DNA of 53,552 nucleotides from Spirochaetota bacterium (GTDB lineage Bacteria; Spirochaetota; UBA4802; JAGODF01). Below the pieces are notes generated by a model. That model was not told the origin of the DNA. It was given only the letters and a program-made list of their open reading frames with translations, and ran no database searches. The DNA lies in NCBI GenBank assembly GCA_017998375.1, contig JAGODF010000001.1, positions 1-53,552 on the forward strand, written 5' to 3'. This document shows positions 45,092 through 53,552 of the stretch, piece after piece. The translations under genes were made by a program, and so were the position numbers. Within the stretch, counting starts at the first letter, position 1; each line of letters starts with the position of its first letter.

Positions 45092-46703
45092 TGCCGGAGG
45101 GGCCGCCGCTTGATTTTTTCCGCTGCTCCTGTTCCGCCTGCTCGCGATTCCGGCGCTCCTTCTCCAGCCGCTCACGTTCCCGGCGCTCACGCTCAAGCCG
45201 CTCGCGTTCCAGACGTTCGCGCTCCAGACGCTCACGGTCCAGTCGTTCACGCTCCTGTCGTTCCCTGTCCTGACGCTCCTTTTCAATCTGCGCGATTATC
45301 ACTTTCAGGCCCCGGTGGCTCTTCGCCAGGGACATGAACTTTTCGTCGGAGTAATACCGCTCAACCAGGCCGCGGGCCCGGTCGTCGCGCCCCCTGCGCG
45401 TGTACGCCGCGGCGAGGAACGCCGAGTCCTCGCTCCCCAGGGACAGCTTCTCGTAATTGGCGATGGCGGAATCGTAGTCCTTCAGACCGTAGGCGGCCCG
45501 GGCAGCCATCAACCGCAGGGTGCCGCTCCACCGCTCCTGGGGGATGAAATCCATCACCGCCTTGGCCCGCTCCAGGCGCGACTGCTCGTAATGCGCCTTC
45601 GCAAGTATCTCCATCGGCCGGTTATAACTTTCCGGTGCGTGCTTTTCAACCGACGCAAGCTCCTGGTACAGCCTGTCGAAGTAGCCGACGTATCGGCCGT
45701 CGTTTTTCCGATAATAGAGACTGCCCATCTGGAGGAGAACGTCCGGGTCGCGGGGGCGCTTCTTCTCAATGGCGGCGAGGGATTCCAGGGCCTCGTCGTA
45801 TTTTTCCAGCCTGATATTGATCGCCGTGAGGAGCAGCAGCGGATCGAGCTCCCCGGGCTTCATCCTCCTCGCCGTGGCGATATCTTCCTTCGCCCTCGCG
45901 TAATCGCCGGTCTTGAAATACGAGCCGCCGCGCTTGAGATAGATGTCGTACTCCGCGTCCTTTCCCACCATGCTGTAGTCGATGGCGCGGCTCAGGTGCT
46001 CTATGGCGTAGGAATGGCTGTTCTGGTTGTGGTAGATGTTTCCCAGGAGAAGGTGGACGTCGCCGTAGAAGGGGACCCGCCCCACGATCTCGCCGAAATA
46101 CGATACCGCGTCCAGCACGTTGCCCTTCCGGTAATGCATCAGGCCGATCTCGAACTTGGGCGCCAGGAAGCGCCCGTCGATAGCGATGGCCTCGCGGAAG
46201 CTCTTCAACGCCTCCTCCGGGGACTTTTCCTTCTGCTTCATGCCGCCGTTATACTTCGCCACGGCGTCGGCGTTGTCCGACCAGATCGACTTGTTGATGA
46301 GCGTCTCCACCTTGGACTTCATCCCGGAGTCCCCGGTGCGGCGCCAGAATATCTTGCACGACTTCACCAGCTCCCTGTAGTTGCCGCGCTGCTCCGTGAG
46401 CACCACCAGGTTCCAGTAGGCCATCTTGAAGTACTTGCGCGAGGCGTTGTTATCCACCGCCTTCTGGTAGAACTCGATGGCCTTGTCGTAATTCCCCAGG
46501 TTCCGCTCGGTCTCGCCGAGGTAGTAGTAGGCGTTGCCGTTTCCCGGCGACGCCTCGACGGCCTTCGAGAGCTGTTCCCGCGCCTCGTCGTACTGGCGGT
46601 GCATGAAGAAGCGCACCCCCGCCTCGTAGTACCCGGCGAGCAGGGGGAGCGCGGTCAGCACAACCACGGCGGCAAAGATTAATTTCATTGTCCTGGAAAT
46701 CAT
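45072..46703 (-). CDS. Secreted TPR-repeat protein with C-terminal Arg/Glu-rich repeat tail
   Basis: Signal peptide, multiple TPR-like units (AYYYLG, AIEFYQKA...), and tail RERLERERLERERLERERRERERLEKERR. Confidence 0.75.
   Translation of the reverse strand: MISRTMKLIFAAVVVLTALPLLAGYYEAGVRFFMHRQYDEAREQLSKAVEASPGNGNAYYYLGETERNLGNYDKAIEFYQKAVDNNASRKYFKMAYWNLVVLTEQRGNYRELVKSCKIFWRRTGDSGMKSKVETLINKSIWSDNADAVAKYNGGMKQKEKSPEEALKSFREAIAIDGRFLAPKFEIGLMHYRKGNVLDAVSYFGEIVGRVPFYGDVHLLLGNIYHNQNSHSYAIEHLSRAIDYSMVGKDAEYDIYLKRGGSYFKTGDYARAKEDIATARRMKPGELDPLLLLTAINIRLEKYDEALESLAAIEKKRPRDPDVLLQMGSLYYRKNDGRYVGYFDRLYQELASVEKHAPESYNRPMEILAKAHYEQSRLERAKAVMDFIPQERWSGTLRLMAARAAYGLKDYDSAIANYEKLSLGSEDSAFLAAAYTRRGRDDRARGLVERYYSDEKFMSLAKSHRGLKVIIAQIEKERQDRERQERERLDRERLERERLERERLERERRERERLEKERRNREQAEQEQRKKSSGGPSGSESLDR
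45154..45273. repeat. 15-bp periodic imperfect tandem repeat (about 8 units) encoding the ERERL tail
   Basis: Units CGCTCACGCTCAAGC / CGCTCGCGTTCCAGA / CGTTCGCGCTCCAGA and so on. Confidence 0.8.
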
Positions 46704-46820
46704 GCGGGGCAGACCTTCTCCTTTACTATTGGGATGTAATCGGAGGATTTGTCAACAAAAGAAACGGAGGCGCGGACAGTGTCCGCGCCTCCGCCGTCAT
46801 TCGCGAATGCCGGGAACTAA

Positions 46821-48098
46821 TTAAAACTTCATGCCCTTCCCGCCCTTCTTCACCTTCTTGTTGTCCAGGTGCGTTCCCTCGTACGCGTGCTCCAGGACCA
46901 TCATGGCGTCGTTGTAATCCACGTCCTCGGGATTGTAGAACTGGGACGCGTCGCCCATCGCGGTGTTCGCGATGGCGGCCAGCTTCTCCTTCGGCACCAT
47001 CTGTTTCCCGTCGCGCCCCATGATCTCCTTGAGAAAACGGGCGTGGCGTCCTCCCGTCGCGTGGTGCAGGTCCTCGTTGAGCTTGCGGATGACGGCTATC
47101 GCCTTGTGCGCGCGCTCCGCCTTCGGGGTCGCCGCGTAAACCTCGGGTCCGGCGAGCGGGAGCAGGAGTTCCGCCGTCAGGTGCCCGTTGCGGTGCAGGT
47201 TGTACTCCAGGCCGTAGGGCAGGTAGATGCTCATGCAGGTTCCGTGGGGAACGCCGCAGGCGCCGCCCGTGGCGTGGCCGAGCATGTGCACCATGCCCAC
47301 CATGGAATTGGAGAAGGCCATGCCCGCCAGCGCGGAAGCGTTGGCCAGGGCGAGGCGCCCCTCCATGTCATTGGGCTTCTTCACCACGTTGAGGATGTTT
47401 TCCGCGATGAGGCGGATGGCCTCCATGGCATTGGAGTCGCTCACCGGGTTTTTCGCCATGCAGGTGTAGGCCTCGCAGGCGTGGGTCATCGCGTCCATGC
47501 CGGTGGACGCGGTGAGCGCCGGCGGCAACGTTTTCGTCATGCGGGAGTCGAGCACCGCGACGTCGGGCAGGAGGAAATACGACACGAACGGGAGCTTCAC
47601 GCTCCGCTCGTGGTCCGCGATCACCGCGACCAGCGTCATCTCGGAGCCGGTACCCGACGTGGTTGGCACCGCGATCATCGGCTTCAGCTTTTTCTTCACG
47701 GCGCCGGCGCCGGCGTACCGCATCAGGCTGTCGCCGCCCAGGGACACCAGTATGTTCACGCCCTTCGCGGTGTCGAGGACGGAGCCGCCTCCCACGGCGA
47801 TAATCGAGTCGCAGTTTTTCGCGCGGTACAGCTTCGCGACTTCCTGCACCATTTTCAGGTCGGAATCCGGGGGCACGTTGTCGTACACCGCGCCGACGGA
47901 GACCTTCGCGCCGCGCGCCGACTTTATCGCCGAGGTGACGAGCTTTATCAGCCCCGCCCCGGCGACGCCCTTGTCCGTGATGACCATGGGCTTCTTCGCG
48001 TTCATGCGGGCCAGCTCGGGCGATATCTTGTCCAGCGCGCGGTGCCCGGCGACGGTCTTGACCCTGCAGCAGTATTCATAATATCCAGGTAGTATCAT
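46821..48098 (-). CDS. Iron-containing alcohol dehydrogenase (long form)
   Basis: Fe-ADH motifs GGGSVLDTAK and metal-binding His region HMLGHATGG...HG. Confidence 0.8.
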   Translation of the reverse strand: MILPGYYEYCCRVKTVAGHRALDKISPELARMNAKKPMVITDKGVAGAGLIKLVTSAIKSARGAKVSVGAVYDNVPPDSDLKMVQEVAKLYRAKNCDSIIAVGGGSVLDTAKGVNILVSLGGDSLMRYAGAGAVKKKLKPMIAVPTTSGTGSEMTLVAVIADHERSVKLPFVSYFLLPDVAVLDSRMTKTLPPALTASTGMDAMTHACEAYTCMAKNPVSDSNAMEAIRLIAENILNVVKKPNDMEGRLALANASALAGMAFSNSMVGMVHMLGHATGGACGVPHGTCMSIYLPYGLEYNLHRNGHLTAELLLPLAGPEVYAATPKAERAHKAIAVIRKLNEDLHHATGGRHARFLKEIMGRDGKQMVPKEKLAAIANTAMGDASQFYNPEDVDYNDAMMVLEHAYEGTHLDNKKVKKGGKGMKF

Positions 48099-48136
48099 AG
48101 TCGTTCCTCGTTATCATAGTAATGGTCCGGGCGTCA

Positions 48137-48679
48137 TCAGGCGGCGAGCCGGAGATAGACCAGGATCCTGCTCGTGTATTTTCTGAGCGGTGAAAGCTGC
48201 GACCACTTCGGGTAGCGCTTCACGCCGAGCTTCGCGGCGAATTTGGGAAGAAGCAGCACTTCGAGCAGGTCCATGATGTGGAGCACGCCGCAGGCCGTCG
48301 GCAGGTCGCCGTCGACGATGAGACGGTCGCGTGACGTCGCCTCGCAGGAAGTCTCGAAGAAGGCGAGCATCCGTATCGCCGCGTCCATGTTCTTGATCTT
48401 CATGTAGAGCGTGATCTTCTTCCCCGCCGGGTTCCAGCCCATGTACTTGATCCTGCCCTTCTCGTCCTTGCCCACGATCATGTGGGGGCCGTTGGGCATC
48501 ACGCCGAAGTCCAGGACGAAGTCCGCCGGCATCTTCGCGAACTCCTCCTTGGCGCCGCGGTCCACCCTGGACACGGCCTGGAAAGCCCTGCCGAACACGA
48601 AGAGCAGTATCGTGACATATATCCTCTTGACGAGCTTCAGCTTCGGCGTGATTGCCGGATAGTCGTTGTAATTAATCAT
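48137..48679 (-). CDS. Hypothetical membrane-anchored protein
   Basis: N-terminal TM (IYVTILLFVFGRAF). Sits between the two Fe-ADH genes on the same strand. Confidence 0.45.
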   Translation of the reverse strand: MINYNDYPAITPKLKLVKRIYVTILLFVFGRAFQAVSRVDRGAKEEFAKMPADFVLDFGVMPNGPHMIVGKDEKGRIKYMGWNPAGKKITLYMKIKNMDAAIRMLAFFETSCEATSRDRLIVDGDLPTACGVLHIMDLLEVLLLPKFAAKLGVKRYPKWSQLSPLRKYTSRILVYLRLAA

Positions 48680-48703
48680 TCTGTTCCACTCTCCTGTTGT
48701 CTT

Positions 48704-49855
48704 CTATCGGGCGCCCGCCATGGACATATCCATGACCTCGGCCAGCTCCTGTTTCTTCAGGTGCGGGTTCGCCTTCGCCGCTGCCTCCACGGCCTCTTTC
48801 GCCAGGTACCCGGCGACGCGGAGCTCGGCCAAGCTCTTGGGCAGTCCGTCGATCCCCGCAAGCAGCGACTGTATCGCCCTTATTCCCTTCTCCCCGCGCT
48901 GTCCCGCGGGCGTTTCGGCGTACGCATCGAAGCCCGATACCGCCTTCAGGAGATCGCCCCGGAAGGCGCGCTTCTGTTTCCTCTGGTACTCGATGCTCGC
49001 GGGAAGCACGATCCCCATGCAGAGCCCCGCGGGATGTCCCGTGACCGACGCGAGCGCCATACCCAGCGCGTGGACGACGCCCGCCGGGAGGTTCGAGAAG
49101 GCGGCGCCGGCACTGACGGCCGCGTTCGCCATGGCGAGGCTCGCCTCCTTGTTCTTCGGCTTCCGCACTATCGTACCGAGGTTCTCCGCGACGAACTGGA
49201 GCGCCATGTAGGCGTAGGAGTCGCTCACGGGATTGGCCGATTGCGAGAGGTACGCTTCCAGGGCGTGGGCCAGTGACGCCATGGCGGTCTCGAGGACGCA
49301 CTCGGCGCAGCAGCCGCGGACCATGGTGGTGTCGGCGGCGATGATGTCCGGATAGAGGAAGTTAGATACGAACTGCCGCCCGTCGATGACGGCCCTGTTG
49401 GTGAGGTCCAGCGGCGCCGGCGCGCACGTGGGCACCGCGACGAACGGCTTGAGGTGCGATGGAATTTTGTTCGCCCCTTCGAAGGCGAGCACGTCGTCGT
49501 TGCCCGTGGACACCGCGATGTTCACCCCCCGGGCGACATCGATCACCGAACCGCGCCCGATGGCGACGATGGAATCGCACCCGCGGTCGCGGAAGAACTG
49601 CGCCAGCTCTTTCACGAGCCGCGCGCTCGCGTACGCGGGCACGTCGTCGTAGAGGGCGCCTATCACCGTGTTGGACTCGTACAGGGCCTTGACGAACTTC
49701 TTCGCGAGGCCCGAATCCGTCACAGACTTGCTGGCCAGGACGAAGGGATGGCGCGCATCGAAGCCGTCGAGCTCCACGGGGATGTTCGCCATCGCTCCGA
49801 TGCCGGATAATATCTTCGCCTGGTAGAAAAAACCGTATTCACCTGGAGATTGCAT
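48704..49855 (-). CDS. Iron-containing alcohol dehydrogenase
   Basis: GRGSVIDVARG and HALGMALASVTGHPAG Fe-ADH signatures. Confidence 0.8.
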   Translation of the reverse strand: MQSPGEYGFFYQAKILSGIGAMANIPVELDGFDARHPFVLASKSVTDSGLAKKFVKALYESNTVIGALYDDVPAYASARLVKELAQFFRDRGCDSIVAIGRGSVIDVARGVNIAVSTGNDDVLAFEGANKIPSHLKPFVAVPTCAPAPLDLTNRAVIDGRQFVSNFLYPDIIAADTTMVRGCCAECVLETAMASLAHALEAYLSQSANPVSDSYAYMALQFVAENLGTIVRKPKNKEASLAMANAAVSAGAAFSNLPAGVVHALGMALASVTGHPAGLCMGIVLPASIEYQRKQKRAFRGDLLKAVSGFDAYAETPAGQRGEKGIRAIQSLLAGIDGLPKSLAELRVAGYLAKEAVEAAAKANPHLKKQELAEVMDMSMAGAR

Positions 49856-49920
49856 TGCTCGCTCCTGTCACTCTGTAGTATCCCGCCGCCCCTCGGGGCG
49901 GCGGTCCCGTCATTGCGTCG

Positions 49921-51783
49921 TCAGTTGGCCTCGATGCCCAGGCGCCTCAACAGCCCCGCCTTGGGGATCCCGTCGCTGTCGAAGCCGCGGGCCTTGTAAT
50001 AGCGCCGGCGCATCCACTCCAGGGGTACCGTCCTCTCGTGGTGGTCGCACTTCCGCGACTCGTTGAGCATCCGGACCGGCAGGGTGTCGTCCTTCGACGA
50101 TATACCCTCCCGGGTGTTCATGTAACGCTCCAGGACGTGGATGCGCTCGCCGGCCTTCTTGAAGCCGAGCATCCCCAGCCGCTTTCCGGTCACGGACGAC
50201 CAGAGCTCGGGCCACAGGCTGATGTCCATCACCGCCAGCGCCACGGGCGTCAGGTTCTGCACCAGTATTTTCAGCACCGGCACCGGCGAAAACTTTACAA
50301 GCGGAGGCTCCAGGAACACCGCGAAGGCGGTGAAGTGGCATATGTGCAGGGAGTTCAGCGCCGCGTAGACGTTCTCGAAGAACTTCACCATGGTCGCCTT
50401 GCCGCGCCCCGCCTTGGGGCTCGCCATGCCGAAGTAGCACTCCAGCGTGAAGAGCGACGTGGACAGGTGGCACGCGCCGCGGTTCGCCACGGCGTAGGAG
50501 AGCCCCTGGCCGAAGGCGCCGCGCGGATCGTACGCCGCCATTTCCATTCCCTTCACCTGGATGGCGAAATCCTCGCCGCCGTATTTCTTCGAAAGCCAGC
50601 GCGATCCCATCATCAGGTCCTTGCCCAGCCCCTTGCCGTAGGCGATGTCCTTCAGCGACTGGACGACGCCCTCCTTGGAACCGAACTTCAGGTTGGATTT
50701 GATCAGGCCGCGCTCCGTCGCTTCCATTGCCCAGGCGATGGTGCCCCCCGCGGAGATGGTGTCCATCCCCATGAGGGTGCAGGTGTCGTTGAAATCCGAT
50801 ATCGCCACGGGATCGAAGATCTCGAGGTTGGAGCCCAGGAGCCCGGTGGTCTCGTACTCCGGCACCGAGCGCACCTTGCCGGCGAAGGTTCCCTTGTGGC
50901 CGCAGAGGATGGAACAGGGCTTGCAGGTATGGTACTTGGTGTCGTGGTTCGCCGCGATCTCCTCGCCGGAAATCTTGTGCGCCTCGCCGTGGGAGCCCCC
51001 GGTGAAGTTGCGCACCGGCAGGATCCACGCCGCGTTGGAAAGATTCACGTTGGCGTTGGTCCCGAAGTTCCGGTACGATCCCGAGGTGACGGAGTTGCGG
51101 GCGATGTAGGCGTTCAGCGTCTTCCGCGCCTTGTCGAACTTCTTCTTTTTCGCCGGGACGATCTTGAACTCGTTGCCTTTCGCCACCACGGCCTTCAGGT
51201 TCTTGGACCCGAACACCGCGCCCATGCCGCCGCGCCCCAGGAAACGATGGCCGGAACAGAGGTTCGCGAAACGCACCAGGTGCTCGCCGGCGGGACCTAT
51301 CACCACCGAGCCGGAGCCTTCCTTCTCGACGCTCGCCTGGGCCTGCTGGGTGTCCTTGCCCCAGAGCTTCTTCGCGTCACGGAGCTCGGCGCCCTTCGAA
51401 TCGATGTAGAGATAACAGGGCTTCTTCGCCTTCCCGCGGATGATGAGCGCGTCCCATCCCGATGTCTTGAGGGCCATGCCGAAAGGCCCGCCGCACGACG
51501 CCGTCACCATGATGCCGGTCAACGGCGACTTGGTCATCGCCTCGAAGCGGCCGGAACAGGGGGCGCCGGTTCCCATGAGGACCCCCGGCATGAACGCGAT
51601 GATGTTCTCCTCGCCCAGGGGATCCACTCCCGGCTTCAGCCTGTCGTAGAGGAGCTTCAGGCCGAGGCCCTTCCCCCCCAGGTACAAGCGCCTGTCCTTC
51701 TCCGTGATATCGCCCACGGCGAAATCACCGGTAGAGAGGTTCACTTCTAGAATTTTATTGCTGGTCCCAACGATCTCCTGCAT
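49921..51783 (-). CDS. aor: Aldehyde:ferredoxin oxidoreductase (tungstopterin AOR family)
   Basis: N-terminus ILEVNLSTGDF...YLGGKGLGLKLLY...PGVLMGTGAPCSGRF is typical of AFOR_N; 620 aa. Confidence 0.85.
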   Translation of the reverse strand: MQEIVGTSNKILEVNLSTGDFAVGDITEKDRRLYLGGKGLGLKLLYDRLKPGVDPLGEENIIAFMPGVLMGTGAPCSGRFEAMTKSPLTGIMVTASCGGPFGMALKTSGWDALIIRGKAKKPCYLYIDSKGAELRDAKKLWGKDTQQAQASVEKEGSGSVVIGPAGEHLVRFANLCSGHRFLGRGGMGAVFGSKNLKAVVAKGNEFKIVPAKKKKFDKARKTLNAYIARNSVTSGSYRNFGTNANVNLSNAAWILPVRNFTGGSHGEAHKISGEEIAANHDTKYHTCKPCSILCGHKGTFAGKVRSVPEYETTGLLGSNLEIFDPVAISDFNDTCTLMGMDTISAGGTIAWAMEATERGLIKSNLKFGSKEGVVQSLKDIAYGKGLGKDLMMGSRWLSKKYGGEDFAIQVKGMEMAAYDPRGAFGQGLSYAVANRGACHLSTSLFTLECYFGMASPKAGRGKATMVKFFENVYAALNSLHICHFTAFAVFLEPPLVKFSPVPVLKILVQNLTPVALAVMDISLWPELWSSVTGKRLGMLGFKKAGERIHVLERYMNTREGISSKDDTLPVRMLNESRKCDHHERTVPLEWMRRRYYKARGFDSDGIPKAGLLRRLGIEAN

Positions 51784-51966
51784 AGGCGTACTCCTTGTTC
51801 TACTCGCGTAGTGGTAGGTTGTATCGGCGCTTTCCGCTTTGGGACGTTTCGCGGCCCGGGGCGGGCGTATGTATGTAAGTTCCGATTGGTGATACGATAT
51901 TCACGTAAAACGGGGCCTGTCGACCGAAATTATAATTCCGGACAAAAAAAAGTCTCGCCGGTCCGA

Positions 51967-53064
51967 TCAGAATTTGAGTAATTTCTTGCGGTACGCCTGT
52001 GGGGTAACGCCCGTATAGCGGGAAAAGGCGTCGTAGAAGGAGGACTTGGAATTGAAGCCCACGTCGTAGGCAACCGATATCACCGATCTTTCCGGGTCCC
52101 TGATCAGCAGTTTCTGGGCCTCGTCGATGCGATACTGGTTTATAAAGGTATTGAAGTTCATGTTAAGGCGCTCGTTGATCACCTGGGAGAGCTGGTGGGG
52201 GGTGATATCGACCTCCTCCGCCACCTGGGCCAGGGATATCTCCTCATCGGCGAAAAGGCGCTTCCGCGCCATGACGTCCTGGAGCCTGGCGATAACTATC
52301 TGCGGATCGATACCGTCGATGATCGACTTGCGGTAGCGCTTCCGCTCCGCCTCGCTGATGAGCACCTGGAGAAACTGCGGATACCGCTGGCCGACGAAAT
52401 ACGCGCCCACGATGAGGACGGCCACCGAGAGCGACGCCACGACCAGCACCAGCATGGAGCTCACGATCACCGCCGCGGAGAGAAGCCCCACCGGCAGTAT
52501 CGACAGCACCGTGTAGGCCATGGTGACGCCCAGGATCCCCTGGCTGTCGTGCCGTTCCCAGGTGGAGCGGAGCCGGAGGTAGAGGAACCCCAGGTAGACG
52601 GTGATCTGCACCGCCGCGCCCAGGTATATCAGCTTGATGAGGATGATATCGCCCCCCTCGCCGGAATGAGTCAGCCGCATGAGGAGCGAGACGCGCGTCG
52701 CGTGGTCGAGCCCTATGTAGGCAATGTCCCCCGCGAGCGCGGGCAGCGCGGGCAGGAGCAGGAACATCCATCGCGCCGGAAGCGCTTCCTCGGGAAGCAC
52801 CACCAGGTGGTAGGCGATATACAGGAGCGGCGTGAGCAGGTAGAGCACGGTCATGTGGAACGCCAGGAACTCCGGCATGTCGAAGGCGGCGCCCTCGATG
52901 ACCATCCCCAGCTGCAGGACGAAGACGCCCAGGCAGAGGAACATCAGCGCGAGGTTGTAGTTCGCCAGGCGCTTGGCGCGGATGAGCAGCTGGCCGAGGG
53001 AAAAGAGGAGGGAAAGCCCCCCGGCGAAAAAAATGAACCAGGTGATGATGTTGTGTATCGTCAT
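51967..53064 (-). CDS. Membrane-bound AraC-family regulator
   Basis: Six or seven N-terminal TM helices and a C-terminal AraC HTH (VAYDVGFNSKSSFYDAFSRYTGVTPQAYRKK). Confidence 0.8.
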   Translation of the reverse strand: MTIHNIITWFIFFAGGLSLLFSLGQLLIRAKRLANYNLALMFLCLGVFVLQLGMVIEGAAFDMPEFLAFHMTVLYLLTPLLYIAYHLVVLPEEALPARWMFLLLPALPALAGDIAYIGLDHATRVSLLMRLTHSGEGGDIILIKLIYLGAAVQITVYLGFLYLRLRSTWERHDSQGILGVTMAYTVLSILPVGLLSAAVIVSSMLVLVVASLSVAVLIVGAYFVGQRYPQFLQVLISEAERKRYRKSIIDGIDPQIVIARLQDVMARKRLFADEEISLAQVAEEVDITPHQLSQVINERLNMNFNTFINQYRIDEAQKLLIRDPERSVISVAYDVGFNSKSSFYDAFSRYTGVTPQAYRKKLLKF

Positions 53065-53146
53065 GCCGATGTCCGCCCCGGCAACCGCCTGCCGGGACGA
53101 ATACTACAGGGGCGATACCGCCGGTAAAGGATTTTTTGTCGGGGCC

Positions 53147-53552
53147 CTACTCCCCTTCCTTGAAGAACTGGATGTTCTTCCTGAGATTGGTCGTCTGCTC
53201 CGACACCTGCTCGGCGTTCGCGGCTATCTCCTCGGCCGTGGCGGCGCTCTCCTGGGTGAGCTGGTTTATCATGCTGATGGCCCTCACGATCTCCTCGGCG
53301 GCCATCTTCTGTTCCTCGGACGCGAACTTGATCTCCTCGGACTTGACGCGCACGGCGTCCATCTCGTCGTTCACCGCCAGGATGGTCACCACGTTCTTCT
53401 CCATGACCTTGTAGATATTGCCCATCATCTCGTTGATCACGGCGAAGCCGTCGATGATCGCGGAGAGCGTGGATACCGTGTTGGTGGCGATGGTATCCCC
53501 CTTCTTGATCTCGTTGTCGGTGACCCGGATCAGCGAATCGATCTCCTTGACG
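53147..53552 (-). CDS. Methyl-accepting chemotaxis protein, C-terminal part (gene continues beyond the window)
   Basis: MCP signalling-domain heptads (EEQKMAAEEIVRAISMINQLTQESAATAEEIAANAEQV). The frame stays open to 53551. Confidence 0.8.
   Translation of the reverse strand, partial: VKEIDSLIRVTDNEIKKGDTIATNTVSTLSAIIDGFAVINEMMGNIYKVMEKNVVTILAVNDEMDAVRVKSEEIKFASEEQKMAAEEIVRAISMINQLTQESAATAEEIAANAEQVSEQTTNLRKNIQFFKEGE

Overview
This is a high-GC bacterial chromosomal segment (sampled lines about 65% GC) interrupted by a very AT-rich element of about 19.9 kb (sampled lines about 30-35% GC) at 7354-27261. The element sits in a tRNA-Arg(ACG) gene. It is bounded by a 46-bp direct repeat equal to the anticodon-loop-to-3' half of the tRNA (7354-7399 and 27216-27261), and a tyrosine integrase lies next to the reconstituted tRNA.

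The element has no capsid, tail or conjugation genes. It does carry int-parA-parB, an AlpA/Xis-like gene, a Toprim plus RecA-like primase-helicase followed by an iteron-like candidate ori, a small terminase subunit, and a possible MuF-like head-morphogenesis protein. This layout resembles a phage satellite (PICI-like) or an integrative plasmid.

Its cargo looks like a defence/addiction islet:
- an MmeI-like single-chain restriction-methyltransferase (9157-11895);
- a divergent UDG-superfamily protein (11960-12790);
- a Panacea (SocA-like) antitoxin overlapping a long PemK/MazF-like putative toxin (13013-14333);
- a tight three-gene operon of a HEPN-like protein, an acidic orphan and a SecB-like chaperone (21404-22825). 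I read this last operon as a candidate toxin-antitoxin-chaperone (TAC) system with an unreported toxin type, and it is my best candidate for a novel system.

Host flanks encode class II aldolase, 7TMR-DISM/AraC regulators, tadA (immediately downstream of the displaced tRNA-Arg(ACG) fragment, its own substrate) and two tRNA-Ser genes. Further along are an intermediate-GC TetR-OMP-RND efflux block without an adaptor gene, TPM-domain proteins, an OmpA/TolB-like protein, a radical SAM enzyme and a GAF protein with a degenerate GGDEF domain. The right end carries an ABC/TPR operon, an aldehyde:ferredoxin oxidoreductase plus two Fe-ADH genes, and a truncated MCP.

No CRISPR array or rRNA was seen. 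Many long ORFs in the track are antisense shadows of GC-rich genes. All homology statements come from reading motifs by eye, not from searches.
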